Position numbers and translations under genes: made by a program
Assembly: GCA_964543375.1 (NCBI GenBank)
Contig: CAZIYD010000001.1
Span: forward strand, 6,527 to 70,526
Direction: 5' to 3'
DNA from: an uncultured Muribaculaceae bacterium
Lineage (GTDB): Bacteria; Bacillota_I; Bacilli_A; RF39; UBA660
Length of the DNA: 64,000 nt
Notes under the pieces: model-generated
What the model was told of the DNA's origin: nothing
The model's input: the letters and a program-made list of their open reading frames with translations, nothing else
Database searches by the model: none
Part shown: positions 47,178-58,228 of the stretch, in pieces
Position numbering within the stretch: position 1 is the stretch's first letter
How the letters are laid out: every line of letters starts with the position of its first letter

Positions 47178-48725
47178 CTATAATGTTGGGTATATTCCTG
47201 GACCCATTGGAATGTTTATTATATACCAACATAGTATAAAAATCATCCAAAATAATGTAATTCCAACAAAATAAGGTATTAAACTCATATAAACCTCTTT
47301 TATTTTTAACTCGTCGTTCTTTTTTCCATATATTAATATCATTCCCAAGAAAACAACAAAGTGTGGAAATATTGGAGTAATTATATCCGATGTAGAACCC
47401 GCTAATTTATATATTATTTGTAAAAATTCAGGAGTTACATTTGCTTTCATAAACTCAGGAGTTACAATTGGTCCTAAAATTGAAACTTTAGTAAGTGCCG
47501 ATGGTTCTAGTATATTTACAAGTAAAATCAATATAAAGAAAATGAACATAAGTGGAATAGCAGAAAGATTTAAACTTTCTATAAAATTTGATATCCAAAT
47601 AGTAAATACTGATCCGATATTGCTCTTTTGAAATAAAGCAATTAGTTGTGATGCTAGGAAAAGTAAAATTAAAACACCACCTATGTTATTTAAAGAGTTA
47701 TACAAATAATTAGGTAATCCTTTAGATGACTTTAGAGTTCCAACAACATTTCCATAAATCCAACCACATATTAAAAGCATTGAAAGTATTACAAACGATA
47801 ATCCTTCTGCAACATATGAGTTAGGGCTGAATATTCTTGCCATAGAGTCTTTAACTTCATAATCAAGAAGAAGCCCAGACAATGGTGCACCTGTAGGTAT
47901 TAACATATATATAAAGAAAGATACTAGTAATAAAGAAACTAAAAAACAATATAATAATGCTCTTCTTTTTTTCTTTTTTGGTATTTCTTCTTCTGATAAA
48001 ACTTCATCAACTTTATATTTTGAAAGTTTTTTTGTCGTAAATTTTTCTGTTATATATGTTATTAGAAATGCAAGTCCAATTGTTCCAACTATTTCAAAAA
48101 TTATATTACCTGACAAATTCATTTTATATGTAGGATCAATTAACTTTGCTCCTAATAAAAGATTATTTAAAGTATCAAAATTAGTTTGTGATGTAATAAA
48201 ATTTATACCAGATCCAGCGGTTATTCCAACAAAGGATGCTAAAATAGCTACCATAGGATTTCTATTATTTATTAAAAAAAGTATAGCAGATATAGGTATT
48301 ATTACAGTAAAAGCAACCTCTCCAATTATATTTGAAAGAATAGATATTAACACTACTATAAAAGTTAACCAAAACTTATTTATCCTTTTTTGCCAAGAAT
48401 CAAATATAGCAGAAAATAAACCAGTTTTTTCAGCAAAACCAATTCCAATCATTGTAAATAAAAATATTGCAAGAGGCTTAAAATTAATAAAATTTGAAAC
48501 TACGTTCCCTATCATGTACCTAATACCTTCTCTAGAAAACAAAGATTCAACTGATATTAATTTAGAGTCTAGAGTTCCTGTAATAGAATTTTTTACTAAA
48601 TATGTCCCTTCCCAATTTAATGCAGACCCTATAATACTAATTATAAACGTAAAAACAATCAATATTATAAAAAAGAATATTGCGCTATTAAACCATCTTT
48701 TATTCTTATTTTGAACTTCTTCCAT
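47178..48725 (-). CDS. Polytopic membrane transporter (AbgT-like?)
   Basis: ~12 hydrophobic segments. Family assignment is weak. ATG at 48725 preferred over TTG at 48734. Confidence 0.4.
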   Translation of the reverse strand: MEEVQNKNKRWFNSAIFFFIILIVFTFIISIIGSALNWEGTYLVKNSITGTLDSKLISVESLFSREGIRYMIGNVVSNFINFKPLAIFLFTMIGIGFAEKTGLFSAIFDSWQKRINKFWLTFIVVLISILSNIIGEVAFTVIIPISAILFLINNRNPMVAILASFVGITAGSGINFITSQTNFDTLNNLLLGAKLIDPTYKMNLSGNIIFEIVGTIGLAFLITYITEKFTTKKLSKYKVDEVLSEEEIPKKKKRRALLYCFLVSLLLVSFFIYMLIPTGAPLSGLLLDYEVKDSMARIFSPNSYVAEGLSFVILSMLLICGWIYGNVVGTLKSSKGLPNYLYNSLNNIGGVLILLFLASQLIALFQKSNIGSVFTIWISNFIESLNLSAIPLMFIFFILILLVNILEPSALTKVSILGPIVTPEFMKANVTPEFLQIIYKLAGSTSDIITPIFPHFVVFLGMILIYGKKNDELKIKEVYMSLIPYFVGITLFWMIFILCWYIINIPMGPGIYPTL

Positions 48726-48726
48726 A

Positions 48727-48906
48727 TTATTCAACTACCTTCTTTAATCTTTTTTCAAAGTCTATTCTAGGTATCATAACTACTCTATCACACTTTGTAC
48801 ATCTTAGTTTTATATCTATTCCAGTTCTAATTACTTCCCATTTGTTTTCTCCACAAGGATGTATTTTTTTCATTATTACTAATGAACCTTCTTTATATTC
48901 TTTCAT
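48727..48906 (-). CDS. DUF951-family small protein (59 aa), absent from the ORF track
   Basis: Manual translation: MKEYKEGSLVIMKKIHPCGENKWEVIRTGIDIKLRCTKCDRVVMIPRIDFEKRLKKVVE, with the HPCG...C.KC pattern. Typical position between ychF and parB. Confidence 0.5.
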   Translation of the reverse strand: MKEYKEGSLVIMKKIHPCGENKWEVIRTGIDIKLRCTKCDRVVMIPRIDFEKRLKKVVE

Positions 48907-48912
48907 ATATCC

Positions 48913-49788
48913 TCAATCAATTTTTATTTCTAAAATTTCTAAAATTCTATTTAAATCTTCTTTAGAAACATAACTAATTTGTATTTTATTGTTAGAAATT
49001 GAAACTTTTGTATCTAATTTTTCTTTTAATATCTCTTCAACATACTTATATTCTATACTTTTAGGTTTTCTAACAATAGGTGCTTTCCTTTTATAATTAA
49101 CATCTATTAAAGATTCTAGATTTCTTACACTTAAACCTTCATCTATTACTTTTTTTGCTAAAGCTTCTATTTGAATGTGATCTTCTAATTTGCTCAAAAC
49201 TCTAGCGTGTCCCATAGATATATTTCTTTTTAATAACATATCTTGAACAGAAAAAGGTAAATTTAAAAGACCTAATATATTAGTTATATGACTTCTACTT
49301 TTACCTAATCTTGTAGATAATTCTTCTTGAGTTATTTTAAGTGCATTTATTAAATCTTTATATGCATTTGCTTCTTCTATTGCAGTTAAATCTTCTCTTT
49401 GTAAGTTTTCTAAAAGAGCAATTTGCATCATTTGTTCATCAGTAAAATCTCTAACAATAGCAGGTACGGTTAAAAGTCCAGCCATTTTACTTGCCTTAAC
49501 TCTTCTTTCTCCTGCAATTATTTCATAACCACGTATACTTTTTTTTACTATTATGGGTTGAACGACCCCATACGTCTTTATAGATTCTGATAATTCTTTT
49601 AGTGCTTCTTCATCAAAAACCTTTCTCGGTTGATAAGGGTTTTTTCTTAATTCTTCTAAACCTATTTCTACTACTTCATCATTTGTTGCCGTTTCTCTTA
49701 TTCTTTCTTCTAGTTTTTCTATTTCTAAACTTTCAGAATTAAATAGTTCTTCCAATCCCTTACCTAAAGCTCTTCTTTTAGTTTCCAT
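48913..49788 (-). CDS. parB: Chromosome partitioning protein ParB/Spo0J
   Basis: ParB box GERRVKAS, HTH, 291 aa. Confidence 0.85.
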   Translation of the reverse strand: METKRRALGKGLEELFNSESLEIEKLEERIRETATNDEVVEIGLEELRKNPYQPRKVFDEEALKELSESIKTYGVVQPIIVKKSIRGYEIIAGERRVKASKMAGLLTVPAIVRDFTDEQMMQIALLENLQREDLTAIEEANAYKDLINALKITQEELSTRLGKSRSHITNILGLLNLPFSVQDMLLKRNISMGHARVLSKLEDHIQIEALAKKVIDEGLSVRNLESLIDVNYKRKAPIVRKPKSIEYKYVEEILKEKLDTKVSISNNKIQISYVSKEDLNRILEILEIKID

Positions 49789-50563
49789 TTCTAACTATCA
49801 CTTCCTTCGCTAAGTTTAAATAGGCTTCTGTTCCTCTACTAGTTGGGTCATAGACATGTATTGGTTTTCCGTGTGATGGTGCTTCTGATAATCTAACTAG
49901 TCTAGGTATAAGTGTATCATAAACTCTCTCTTTAAAATACCTTTTTATCTCAGTTACTACTTCTGATCCTAATTTTGTTCTACTATCGTACATTGTAAGA
50001 AGCACACCCTCTATATCTAATTTAGGATTTAAATTTTTTTGTACTAACATTACAGTGTTTAATAATTGCATTATTCCTTCTAAAGCAAAGAATTCACATT
50101 GAACTGGTATAATCACAGAATCTGATGCGACTAAGGAGTTTGTTGTTAAAAGTCCTAAAGATGGAGGACAGTCTATAATTATGTAATCATAATGCTCTTT
50201 TAAATTAAATATGTGTCTTTTTAATTGAGATGTTTTTATAAAGTTTTGATCTCTTGCACTTCTATTTAAGAGTTCTATATCCATACCAGCAAGATTTATA
50301 GTGGCAGGTATTACATCTAGATTTTTAAATTTTGTTCTGACTATTGCTTTATGTACTTCAATTTTATCTAACATTACATCATATATACTAAATATTGCAT
50401 CACCTTTATTTATACCAACACCAGTTGAAGCATTTCCTTGTGGATCAAAATCTATAAGCAAAGTTTTTTTACCTAAGTAACCTAAACACGCTGATAGATT
50501 TATACTAGTAGTAGTTTTACCAACACCACCTTTTTGATTTACTATAGATATTATTTTGCCCAT
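49778..50563 (-). CDS. parA: Chromosome partitioning ATPase ParA/Soj
   Basis: Deviant Walker A KGGVGKTT, 261 aa. Confidence 0.9.
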   Translation of the reverse strand: MGKIISIVNQKGGVGKTTTSINLSACLGYLGKKTLLIDFDPQGNASTGVGINKGDAIFSIYDVMLDKIEVHKAIVRTKFKNLDVIPATINLAGMDIELLNRSARDQNFIKTSQLKRHIFNLKEHYDYIIIDCPPSLGLLTTNSLVASDSVIIPVQCEFFALEGIMQLLNTVMLVQKNLNPKLDIEGVLLTMYDSRTKLGSEVVTEIKRYFKERVYDTLIPRLVRLSEAPSHGKPIHVYDPTSRGTEAYLNLAKEVIVRNGN

Positions 50564-50634
50564 GTCATCCTCCCATCAACTCTAGATATATTTTATCAAA
50601 AAAAAAGACTTTTGAAAATGTTTTATGACTATTA

Positions 50635-51573
50635 TCATTTACTTTCGTGTCCTCTTAATTTATCTGCAATCTCTTTTAATTTTCTAAATCTATGATTTAT
50701 TCCGGATTTAGTAACTTTTTTGTTTGTTTCTTTCGTTATTATTTCGCTTAATTCAAGAAGTGATGCTTCATTATACTTTTTTCTATATTTCATAATTTCA
50801 ATCAATTTCGAATCTAGCATATCTTTTGTCATGTGTTTTTCTATTATTTCTATATCCTTTAGTTGACGATTTGCAGTATTAAATGTTTTTTCAACATTTG
50901 CTTGTTCACAATTATTAAGTCTATTTACCATATTCATATAATCTTTATATATTCTAATATCTTCAAAATACATAACCGATTTGTTAACTTTTAGTATTCT
51001 AAGAAAATCTCCTATCTTTTCTCCTTCTTTTATATATACCAAGAAACTATTTTTTCTTTCTATTATTTTACTGTTTAAAGAGTAACTATCTAAAAGCTCT
51101 AATACAAAAACAGCATAGTCATAATCATCCAAAGAAAATTCTAAATGGTATGTTTTCGATTTTGGATCGCTTATTGAAGCTTTGGAAAGAAATAACCCTT
51201 TTAAATATGCCACTTTTTCTTCATCGCCTTGATAAATGTATTCTTTTGGTATGTTTATAAAATATCCAGAACTATTTGTCAAAGACAAACTATTTAATAT
51301 TTCTTCTTTTTTTAATGTTATTTCTAATATATATGTATAGTCTTCTTTAAAATTGTATTTTCTCCTAACCGTTATTTTAGCTCTCACGTTATATATGTCA
51401 TATATTAAGTTAAAAATAAAATTAGATATATTTTGATTCTCTGTTTCTATTATTATAGAATCTTTTGTAACTATTGCATTATTTCTAAGGTATGCAGAAA
51501 GAAAAGATATTTGTTCTATCTTTGACATATCATTGCTTAATACTTCTTCTTTTACACTCTTAGAAAAAGACAT
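50635..51573 (-). CDS. whiA: DNA-binding protein WhiA
   Basis: N-terminal MSFSKSVKEEV, LAGLIDADG-like middle region, C-terminal HTH (KSGINHRFRKL). Confidence 0.7.
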   Translation of the reverse strand: MSFSKSVKEEVLSNDMSKIEQISFLSAYLRNNAIVTKDSIIIETENQNISNFIFNLIYDIYNVRAKITVRRKYNFKEDYTYILEITLKKEEILNSLSLTNSSGYFINIPKEYIYQGDEEKVAYLKGLFLSKASISDPKSKTYHLEFSLDDYDYAVFVLELLDSYSLNSKIIERKNSFLVYIKEGEKIGDFLRILKVNKSVMYFEDIRIYKDYMNMVNRLNNCEQANVEKTFNTANRQLKDIEIIEKHMTKDMLDSKLIEIMKYRKKYNEASLLELSEIITKETNKKVTKSGINHRFRKLKEIADKLRGHESK

Positions 51574-51574
51574 A

Positions 51575-52438
51575 TTATTTCCTTTCATTTAAATAAGATA
51601 TTGCACTATTTGCCGCAACTGCTCCTTCTCCAACCGCATTTGAAACTTGATATAAACTTTTATATATTACATCTCCGCACGCAAATATACCCTCTATATT
51701 TGTTTTCATATTTTTATCAACTAATATATAATCATTTTGTTTTTCTACATCTATAATATCTGTGGATGGATAACTACCCAAAATAACAAATAAAGCATCT
51801 ACTTCTAAAGTTAAATTATTTATAGTTATACTCTTTAGTTTGCCTTCGCTTTCATGTATGTCATCTATTTTAGAGTTATAGAACTCGATATTATCGAAAT
51901 CTTCTAAATTCATACCGACAACATAAACTTTATTGCATATTTTTGATAAGTATTTTGCTTCACTTAATCCGTTATCATTGTTTGTATAAACACAAACATC
52001 TTTATCTTTATATAAAGCACCATCACAAATAGCACAATAACTAATACCACTTCCAATTAATTTTTTTTCTATATCTATACCAGTTTCAATAGGTTTTCTT
52101 CCAGTTGCTATTATAACTGACTTTGTTTCATATTCTTCTTTATCCGTTATAACTATCTTTTTACTACCATTATCAATTACTTTTAAAACTTTTCCATATA
52201 TATACGGTACGTTTAATTCTTGCATTTGACTAAATATATTAAACGCTAAAGATGGACCATCTATTCCTATAACTCCCGGATAATTATCTATTTTATTAAC
52301 TCTATTAAGCTGTCCACCTGGTGCTGTATCCTCGATTATAGCAACATTTACATTACCTCTTTTCAAATAAATTGAGGCGGTCATTCCAGAAACACCAGAT
52401 CCAATAACTATTACATCAAAACTTGATTTCACTAGCAT
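51575..52438 (-). CDS. trxB: Thioredoxin-disulfide reductase
   Basis: FAD GxGxxG, redox-active CAICDG, NADPH-binding block. Confidence 0.85.
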   Translation of the reverse strand: MLVKSSFDVIVIGSGVSGMTASIYLKRGNVNVAIIEDTAPGGQLNRVNKIDNYPGVIGIDGPSLAFNIFSQMQELNVPYIYGKVLKVIDNGSKKIVITDKEEYETKSVIIATGRKPIETGIDIEKKLIGSGISYCAICDGALYKDKDVCVYTNNDNGLSEAKYLSKICNKVYVVGMNLEDFDNIEFYNSKIDDIHESEGKLKSITINNLTLEVDALFVILGSYPSTDIIDVEKQNDYILVDKNMKTNIEGIFACGDVIYKSLYQVSNAVGEGAVAANSAISYLNERK

Positions 52439-53231
52439 ACTCCTCTTCATATAGGTTTTCAAATTTAGAACCAAACATCTTTTTAATAAAGACTATTAAA
52501 CCAATAACTATTAATAAAATCGAGACTATTTGTGCTACTTTTATATTGTTAATCATTAAACTATCTGTTCTAAGTGCTTCAATAAAAAATCTGCCAATTC
52601 CATACCATATAAAATAAATAGATGTAAGTTGACCTAATTTTAAATATTTATAAAATTTTCTTACTAAAACAAGTATTATAAAGCCTAACACACACCATAA
52701 GAATTCATAATAAAAAGTTGGGTGATAATACATATTGTTTATTTTCATACCATCTATTATAAATTCAGGAATTATTTTTAATGATTCTAAAACTTTTCTA
52801 GACACTTCTAAACCATGTGCTTCTTTATTAAAAAAATTCCCCCATCTTCCTAATGCTTGACCTAAAATTAGACCAACTACTAATATATCGAATGTTTTTA
52901 TTATACTAATATCATATTTTTTACAATATATAACTGCAGTAATTAATCCAAATATTATTGCACCGTGTATTGCAAGTCCACCATTCCATATCTTATATAT
53001 TTCGCTTGGATTTGCTTTATAATAATCTAAATTAAAAGCAACATAGTAAAGTCTAGCACCAATTATACCAAAAATTATTACCCAAAAAATTAAATTTCCT
53101 AAAAACTCTTTATCATATGCATATTTTTTTGCCTCTATAAGTATTGCAATATAAGCGAATAAAACACCAATTAATATAATGATTGCATAGTAACTAATCT
53201 TAATAAAACCCAAATCTAAAAAACTATTCAT
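52416..53231 (-). CDS. lgt: Phosphatidylglycerol--prolipoprotein diacylglyceryl transferase
   Basis: Lgt signature GQALGRWGNFFNKEAHG. 7 transmembrane helices. Confidence 0.85.
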   Translation of the reverse strand: MNSFLDLGFIKISYYAIIILIGVLFAYIAILIEAKKYAYDKEFLGNLIFWVIIFGIIGARLYYVAFNLDYYKANPSEIYKIWNGGLAIHGAIIFGLITAVIYCKKYDISIIKTFDILVVGLILGQALGRWGNFFNKEAHGLEVSRKVLESLKIIPEFIIDGMKINNMYYHPTFYYEFLWCVLGFIILVLVRKFYKYLKLGQLTSIYFIWYGIGRFFIEALRTDSLMINNIKVAQIVSILLIVIGLIVFIKKMFGSKFENLYEEEYASEIKF

Positions 53232-53290
53232 ATATACCTCTATATTATTATACACTACTTTTTATAACTATTTAAATATTAAAATACAAA

Positions 53291-56101
53291 CTAAAAAATA
53301 ACTCTCTTTAAATATTCACCAGTGTATGATTCTTTTATTTTTATTATATCTTCAGGAGTTCCTTCTCCAATTATATAGCCTCCTAAATCTCCTCCTTCAG
53401 GACCCAAATCTATTATGTGATCTGAAACCTTTATAACATCTAAGTTATGCTCTATCACTATAACAGTATCACCATTATCAACTATATTATTTAGGATTAT
53501 TAAGAGCTTCTTTATATCATCAACGTGTAACCCCGTTGTTGGTTCATCAAGTATAAACAGACTCTTTCCTGTTGGCTTTTTTTGCAATTCTTTTGCCAGC
53601 TTTACTCTACTTGCTTCTCCTCCACTTAAAGTGACTGCATTTTGACCCAATTTTAAATATCCTAGTCCAACATTATATAGTGTTTGTAATTTGTTTTTGG
53701 CTTTTGGTACGTTTTCAAAGAATACGAGAGCTTCTTCTACAGTCATATCTAGTACATCTGCTATATTTTTATCTTTGAACTTTATTTCTAATGTTTCTTT
53801 ATTATATCTAGTCCCTCCACACACTTCACAAGGTACATATACATCTGGTAAAAAATGCATTTCTATTTTCTTTACACCGTCTCCATAACAAGCCTCACAT
53901 CTTCCACCTTTTACATTAAATGAAAATCTTCCTTTTTTATATCCTCTAATTTTTGCTTCTTTTGTGTTTTCAAAAACAGTTCTTATATTATCAAACAAAC
54001 CAACATAGGTTGCAGGATTGCTTCTTGGAGTTCGTCCAATTGGATCTTGTGATATTTCTATAACTTTATCTATATGTTCTAAGCCCTTTATACTTTTATA
54101 TTCTCCTGGTTTTACTTTACTAGAATATAAATTTGATGAAATTATTCTGTATAGAGTTTCATTTATTAAAGAACTTTTTCCACTTCCAGAAACACCAGTT
54201 ATACATACAAACTTACCAAGTGGTATTTTGACATCTATATTCTTTAAATTATTGTGTTTACAACCTTTAAGTTCTATATATTTTCCATTTCCTTTTCTTC
54301 TTTTCTTTGGAACGTCTATCTTTTCTTTACCACTTAAATATTTACCCGTTAAACTTTTTTCGTTTTGCATTACCTCTTTAGGTGTTCCCTCTGCTACTAC
54401 ATAACCTCCTAATATACCTGCTTTTGGACCTATATCGATTAAATAATCGGCTTGTAACATTGTTTCTTCGTCGTGTTCTACTACTATAAGTGTATTTCCT
54501 AGATCTCTCATCTCAAATAATGAATTTATTAATTTTTGATTGTCTCTTTGATGAAGACCAATACTTGGTTCATCTAGAACATATATCATTCCAGATAATC
54601 TAGAACCAATTTGGGTTGCAAGTCTTATTCTTTGAGACTCTCCACCACTTAATGAACCTGCCATTCTATTTAAATTTAAATATTCTAATCCAACATTAAT
54701 TAAAAAATTCAATCTATCTTTTATTTCTTTAAGTAGTAATTCTGATATTTCTTTTTGTTCTTTTTCTAATTTTAAATTATTTAAAAATTCATAAGTTTTA
54801 CCTATACTCATGTTTCCTAATTCATATATATTTTTTTTGTTTATATATACTGATAAAGAAGAATGTTTTAATCTAGAGCCATTACATACTTCACAAGTAA
54901 GCTCTGTCATATATCCCTCTAACCAACTTCTTATAAATTCACTATTCGTTTCTATATATCTTCTTTCTAAATTATTACACAAACCTTCGTATTTTTCTTC
55001 TTTATTTATTCTATTACCACTTCTAGTAGAAAAACTAAACTTTATTTTATCTAAGGATCCATATAATATAATATTCATATCTTTTTTTGATAAATCTTTT
55101 ATTTTCTTGTTCATATCTATATTATAATGTTTGCAAACAATTTCTAGCATTTGTTTATATATATTAACTTCGTCCATATTATTAAATGGTAATATTCCAT
55201 TATTTAAAGTTTTTTCCTTATCTGGAATTATTAAGTCTTCACTTACTTTAAGTTTAAAACCAAGTCCTTTACATTCGGGGCAAGCACCATATGGAGAGTT
55301 AAAAGAAAAGATTCTAGGTTCTAACTCTCCAATAGAAAAATCACAATGAGGACAGGCAAAGTGTTCGCTCATTAATACTTCTTTATCCCCAACTACATCT
55401 ATTATTACTTTACCTTTAGATAATTTAGAAGCATTTTCTATAGATTCAAACAGTCTACTTCTTATATCTTCTTTTATTATAAGTCTATCTATTATTACCT
55501 CTATATTAGATCTTTTATTTTTATCTATTATTATTTCTTCACTCAAGTCTTTCTGTTCTTTATTTATTCTTACTTTCGTATAACCACTCTTTCTAAGTTC
55601 ATCTAACAAATCCTTATGTGTTCCTTTTTCTCCATTTATTATTGGAGATATTATTATTATCTTTGTTCCAATGTCATAATTTAAAACTCTGTTTACCATT
55701 TCTTCTATGCTTTGCCTTTTTATTGGAATATTATGATTAGGACAATACGGAATACCTATTCTAGCATAAAGCAATCTCAAATAATCATATATTTCTGTTA
55801 CTGTTCCAACAGTACTTCTAGGATTATTGTTAGTTGTTTTTTGATCTATACTTATAGCAGGACTTAATCCTTCAATAGAATCTACATCAGGTTTATCTGA
55901 GACTCCAAGGAATTGTCTAGCATAAGAACTTAAGCTCTCTACATACCTTCTTTGACCTTCAGCATATATTGTATCAAACGCTAAAGAACTCTTACCACTT
56001 CCAGAAACACCAGTCATTACAACTAGTTTATTCCTTGGTATTTCTATATTTATATTTTTTAAATTGTTTTCTCTAGCACCTTTTATTACTATTTTATCCA
56101 C
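53291..56101 (-). CDS. uvrA: Excinuclease ABC subunit A
   Basis: Two ABC cassettes (GVSGSGKSSL twice), Zn-finger CxxC pairs, 936 aa. Confidence 0.95.
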   Translation of the reverse strand: MDKIVIKGARENNLKNINIEIPRNKLVVMTGVSGSGKSSLAFDTIYAEGQRRYVESLSSYARQFLGVSDKPDVDSIEGLSPAISIDQKTTNNNPRSTVGTVTEIYDYLRLLYARIGIPYCPNHNIPIKRQSIEEMVNRVLNYDIGTKIIIISPIINGEKGTHKDLLDELRKSGYTKVRINKEQKDLSEEIIIDKNKRSNIEVIIDRLIIKEDIRSRLFESIENASKLSKGKVIIDVVGDKEVLMSEHFACPHCDFSIGELEPRIFSFNSPYGACPECKGLGFKLKVSEDLIIPDKEKTLNNGILPFNNMDEVNIYKQMLEIVCKHYNIDMNKKIKDLSKKDMNIILYGSLDKIKFSFSTRSGNRINKEEKYEGLCNNLERRYIETNSEFIRSWLEGYMTELTCEVCNGSRLKHSSLSVYINKKNIYELGNMSIGKTYEFLNNLKLEKEQKEISELLLKEIKDRLNFLINVGLEYLNLNRMAGSLSGGESQRIRLATQIGSRLSGMIYVLDEPSIGLHQRDNQKLINSLFEMRDLGNTLIVVEHDEETMLQADYLIDIGPKAGILGGYVVAEGTPKEVMQNEKSLTGKYLSGKEKIDVPKKRRKGNGKYIELKGCKHNNLKNIDVKIPLGKFVCITGVSGSGKSSLINETLYRIISSNLYSSKVKPGEYKSIKGLEHIDKVIEISQDPIGRTPRSNPATYVGLFDNIRTVFENTKEAKIRGYKKGRFSFNVKGGRCEACYGDGVKKIEMHFLPDVYVPCEVCGGTRYNKETLEIKFKDKNIADVLDMTVEEALVFFENVPKAKNKLQTLYNVGLGYLKLGQNAVTLSGGEASRVKLAKELQKKPTGKSLFILDEPTTGLHVDDIKKLLIILNNIVDNGDTVIVIEHNLDVIKVSDHIIDLGPEGGDLGGYIIGEGTPEDIIKIKESYTGEYLKRVIF

Positions 56102-56174
56102 ATTATCTCCTTAATTCATATACTTTTTTATTACCTATTAGTTTTATCTAAATTAAAAGTTTTATATCCCTTTA

Positions 56175-58121
56175 TCATTTTAATCTCATTTCAAATAATA
56201 TATCTCTAAGTTCTGCTGCTTTTTCAAAATCTAAATCCTTAGCAGCATCTAACATTTCTTTTTCTAAATCTTCAAGTATTTTTTCTTTCTTTTTATTATT
56301 TTTTATTGTTTCTAATTTTTCTACATCAGAAGAATTAGATATTAAATCCCTTACTTCTTTTATTATAGTTTTAGGAGATATATTGTTTTTTATATTATAC
56401 TCTTCTTGAATGTTTCTTCTTCTAACAGTTTCATCAATTGCAGTTTTCATAGCATCACTTATAGAGTCAGCGTACATTATTACGTGTCCACTTGCGTTTC
56501 TAGAACACCTTCCTATAGTTTGGATTAAACTCCTATCGCTTCTTAAAAAACCTTGCTTATCGGCATCTAAAATAGCAACTAGACTTACTTCAGGAATATC
56601 TAATCCTTCTCTAAGTAAGTTTATTCCCACTAAAACATCATAAACTCCTAATCTTAAATCTCTTATTATCTTTACTCTTTCTAAAGTTTTAATCTCGCTG
56701 TGAAGATATGCCACTTTTATATCTAAATCTTTTAAATAGTTTGTCAACTCTTCAGACATCCTTATAGTTAATGTTGTTATTAAAACCCTTTCTTTTAAAT
56801 TTATTCTTTTATTTATCTCTTTTATCAAATCATCTATTTGATTTTTGCTTGGTCTTACTTCTATTGTTGGATCTAATAAACCTGTAGGTCTAATAATCTG
56901 TTCTATAACTTTATTTTTTACTAATTCTAATTCATAATCTCCAGGAGTTGCCGAAACATATATAGCTTGATTAATTTTGTTTTCAAATTCATCAAATTTT
57001 AAAGGCCTATTGTCTAATGCACTGGGCAATCTAAACCCATAATCAACCAACACTTGTTTTCTAGATCTATCTCCATTATACATCCCCCTAACTTGTGGAA
57101 GAGTAACATGTGACTCATCTACAACAATAAGAAAATCACTAGGAAAAAAGTCCATAAGCGTTGTTGGTGTTTCCCCTTCACCCCTTAACGCTAAATGCCT
57201 AGAATAGTTTTCTATACCAGAACAAAAACCCGTTTCTAACATCATTTCAATGTCATAATTTGTTCTTTGTTCTAATCTTTGATATTCTAACAATTTGTTT
57301 TCTTCTTTTAATACACTTAATCTTTCTTTTAATTCTTCTTTTATTCTTTCTACGCTTATCTTTAGTTTTTCATAATCAGTAACAAAGTGGCTAGCAGGAT
57401 AAATACTTACTGTTTTTTTATCTTTTAAGACTAAACCCGTTAAAACTTCAAATTCTGTAATTCTCTCTATTTCATCTCCAAAGAATTCTACTCTTATACC
57501 ATTTGATCTTTCATTACTAGGAATGACTTCTAATACATCTCCTTTTGCCCTAAATGTTCCTCTTTTAAAATCAATATCATTTCTTTCATAAAGCATTTCT
57601 ACGAGTCTTAATAACACTTGATTTCTATCTATCACATCTCCTACATTTAATATAAGTATATGATTTCTATATTCTTCAACCTCTCCAATTCCATATATAC
57701 AAGAAACACTAGAAACAACTATTACATCTCTTCTATCCAGTAATGACGATGTGGCACTGTGCCTTAATTGATCTATTTCATCATTTATTGATGCATCTTT
57801 TTCTATATAAGTATCTGTACTTGGGACATAAGCTTCTGGTTGATAATAATCGTAATATGAAACAAAATATTCAACTCTATTGTTTGGGAACAATTCTTTA
57901 AATTCTAAATAAAGTTGTCCCGCTAAAGTTTTGTTGTGAGCTAAAACTAAAGTAGGCTTTTGAACTTCTTCAATTATATTTGCAATAGTAAAAGTTTTAC
58001 CTGTTCCCGTTGCTCCTAAAAGAACTTGATTTTTTTCTTTATTATTTAATCCGTTTACAAGTTCATCAATAGCTTTTGGTTGGTCCCCAGAAGGTTTATA
58101 ATTAGAAATTAACTCAAACAT
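56175..58121 (-). CDS. uvrB: Excinuclease ABC subunit B
   Basis: [18 protein letters not shown] start, helicase motifs GATGTGKT / DESH, C-terminal UVR domain. Confidence 0.95.
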   Translation of the reverse strand: MFELISNYKPSGDQPKAIDELVNGLNNKEKNQVLLGATGTGKTFTIANIIEEVQKPTLVLAHNKTLAGQLYLEFKELFPNNRVEYFVSYYDYYQPEAYVPSTDTYIEKDASINDEIDQLRHSATSSLLDRRDVIVVSSVSCIYGIGEVEEYRNHILILNVGDVIDRNQVLLRLVEMLYERNDIDFKRGTFRAKGDVLEVIPSNERSNGIRVEFFGDEIERITEFEVLTGLVLKDKKTVSIYPASHFVTDYEKLKISVERIKEELKERLSVLKEENKLLEYQRLEQRTNYDIEMMLETGFCSGIENYSRHLALRGEGETPTTLMDFFPSDFLIVVDESHVTLPQVRGMYNGDRSRKQVLVDYGFRLPSALDNRPLKFDEFENKINQAIYVSATPGDYELELVKNKVIEQIIRPTGLLDPTIEVRPSKNQIDDLIKEINKRINLKERVLITTLTIRMSEELTNYLKDLDIKVAYLHSEIKTLERVKIIRDLRLGVYDVLVGINLLREGLDIPEVSLVAILDADKQGFLRSDRSLIQTIGRCSRNASGHVIMYADSISDAMKTAIDETVRRRNIQEEYNIKNNISPKTIIKEVRDLISNSSDVEKLETIKNNKKKEKILEDLEKEMLDAAKDLDFEKAAELRDILFEMRLK

Positions 58122-58195
58122 AATTTCACCTACTTTAATCGTTTTTTTAGATTTATTACACAAAAATAACTTATGATATTATATCATATTAGTTC

Positions 58196-58227
58196 TTAAA
58201 AAAGACCCTTCAATTGAAGAGCCTTTA
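58196..58227 (-). terminator. Rho-independent terminator after ybbR
   Basis: aaagacccttc-aatt-gaagagccttt stem (with GU wobbles in RNA) and a minus-strand U6. Confidence 0.45.
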
Positions 58228-58228
58228 A

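Noticed and set aside
54018-55349. Plus-strand ORFs within uvrA
   Set aside because: Antisense to a highly conserved uvrA; spurious.
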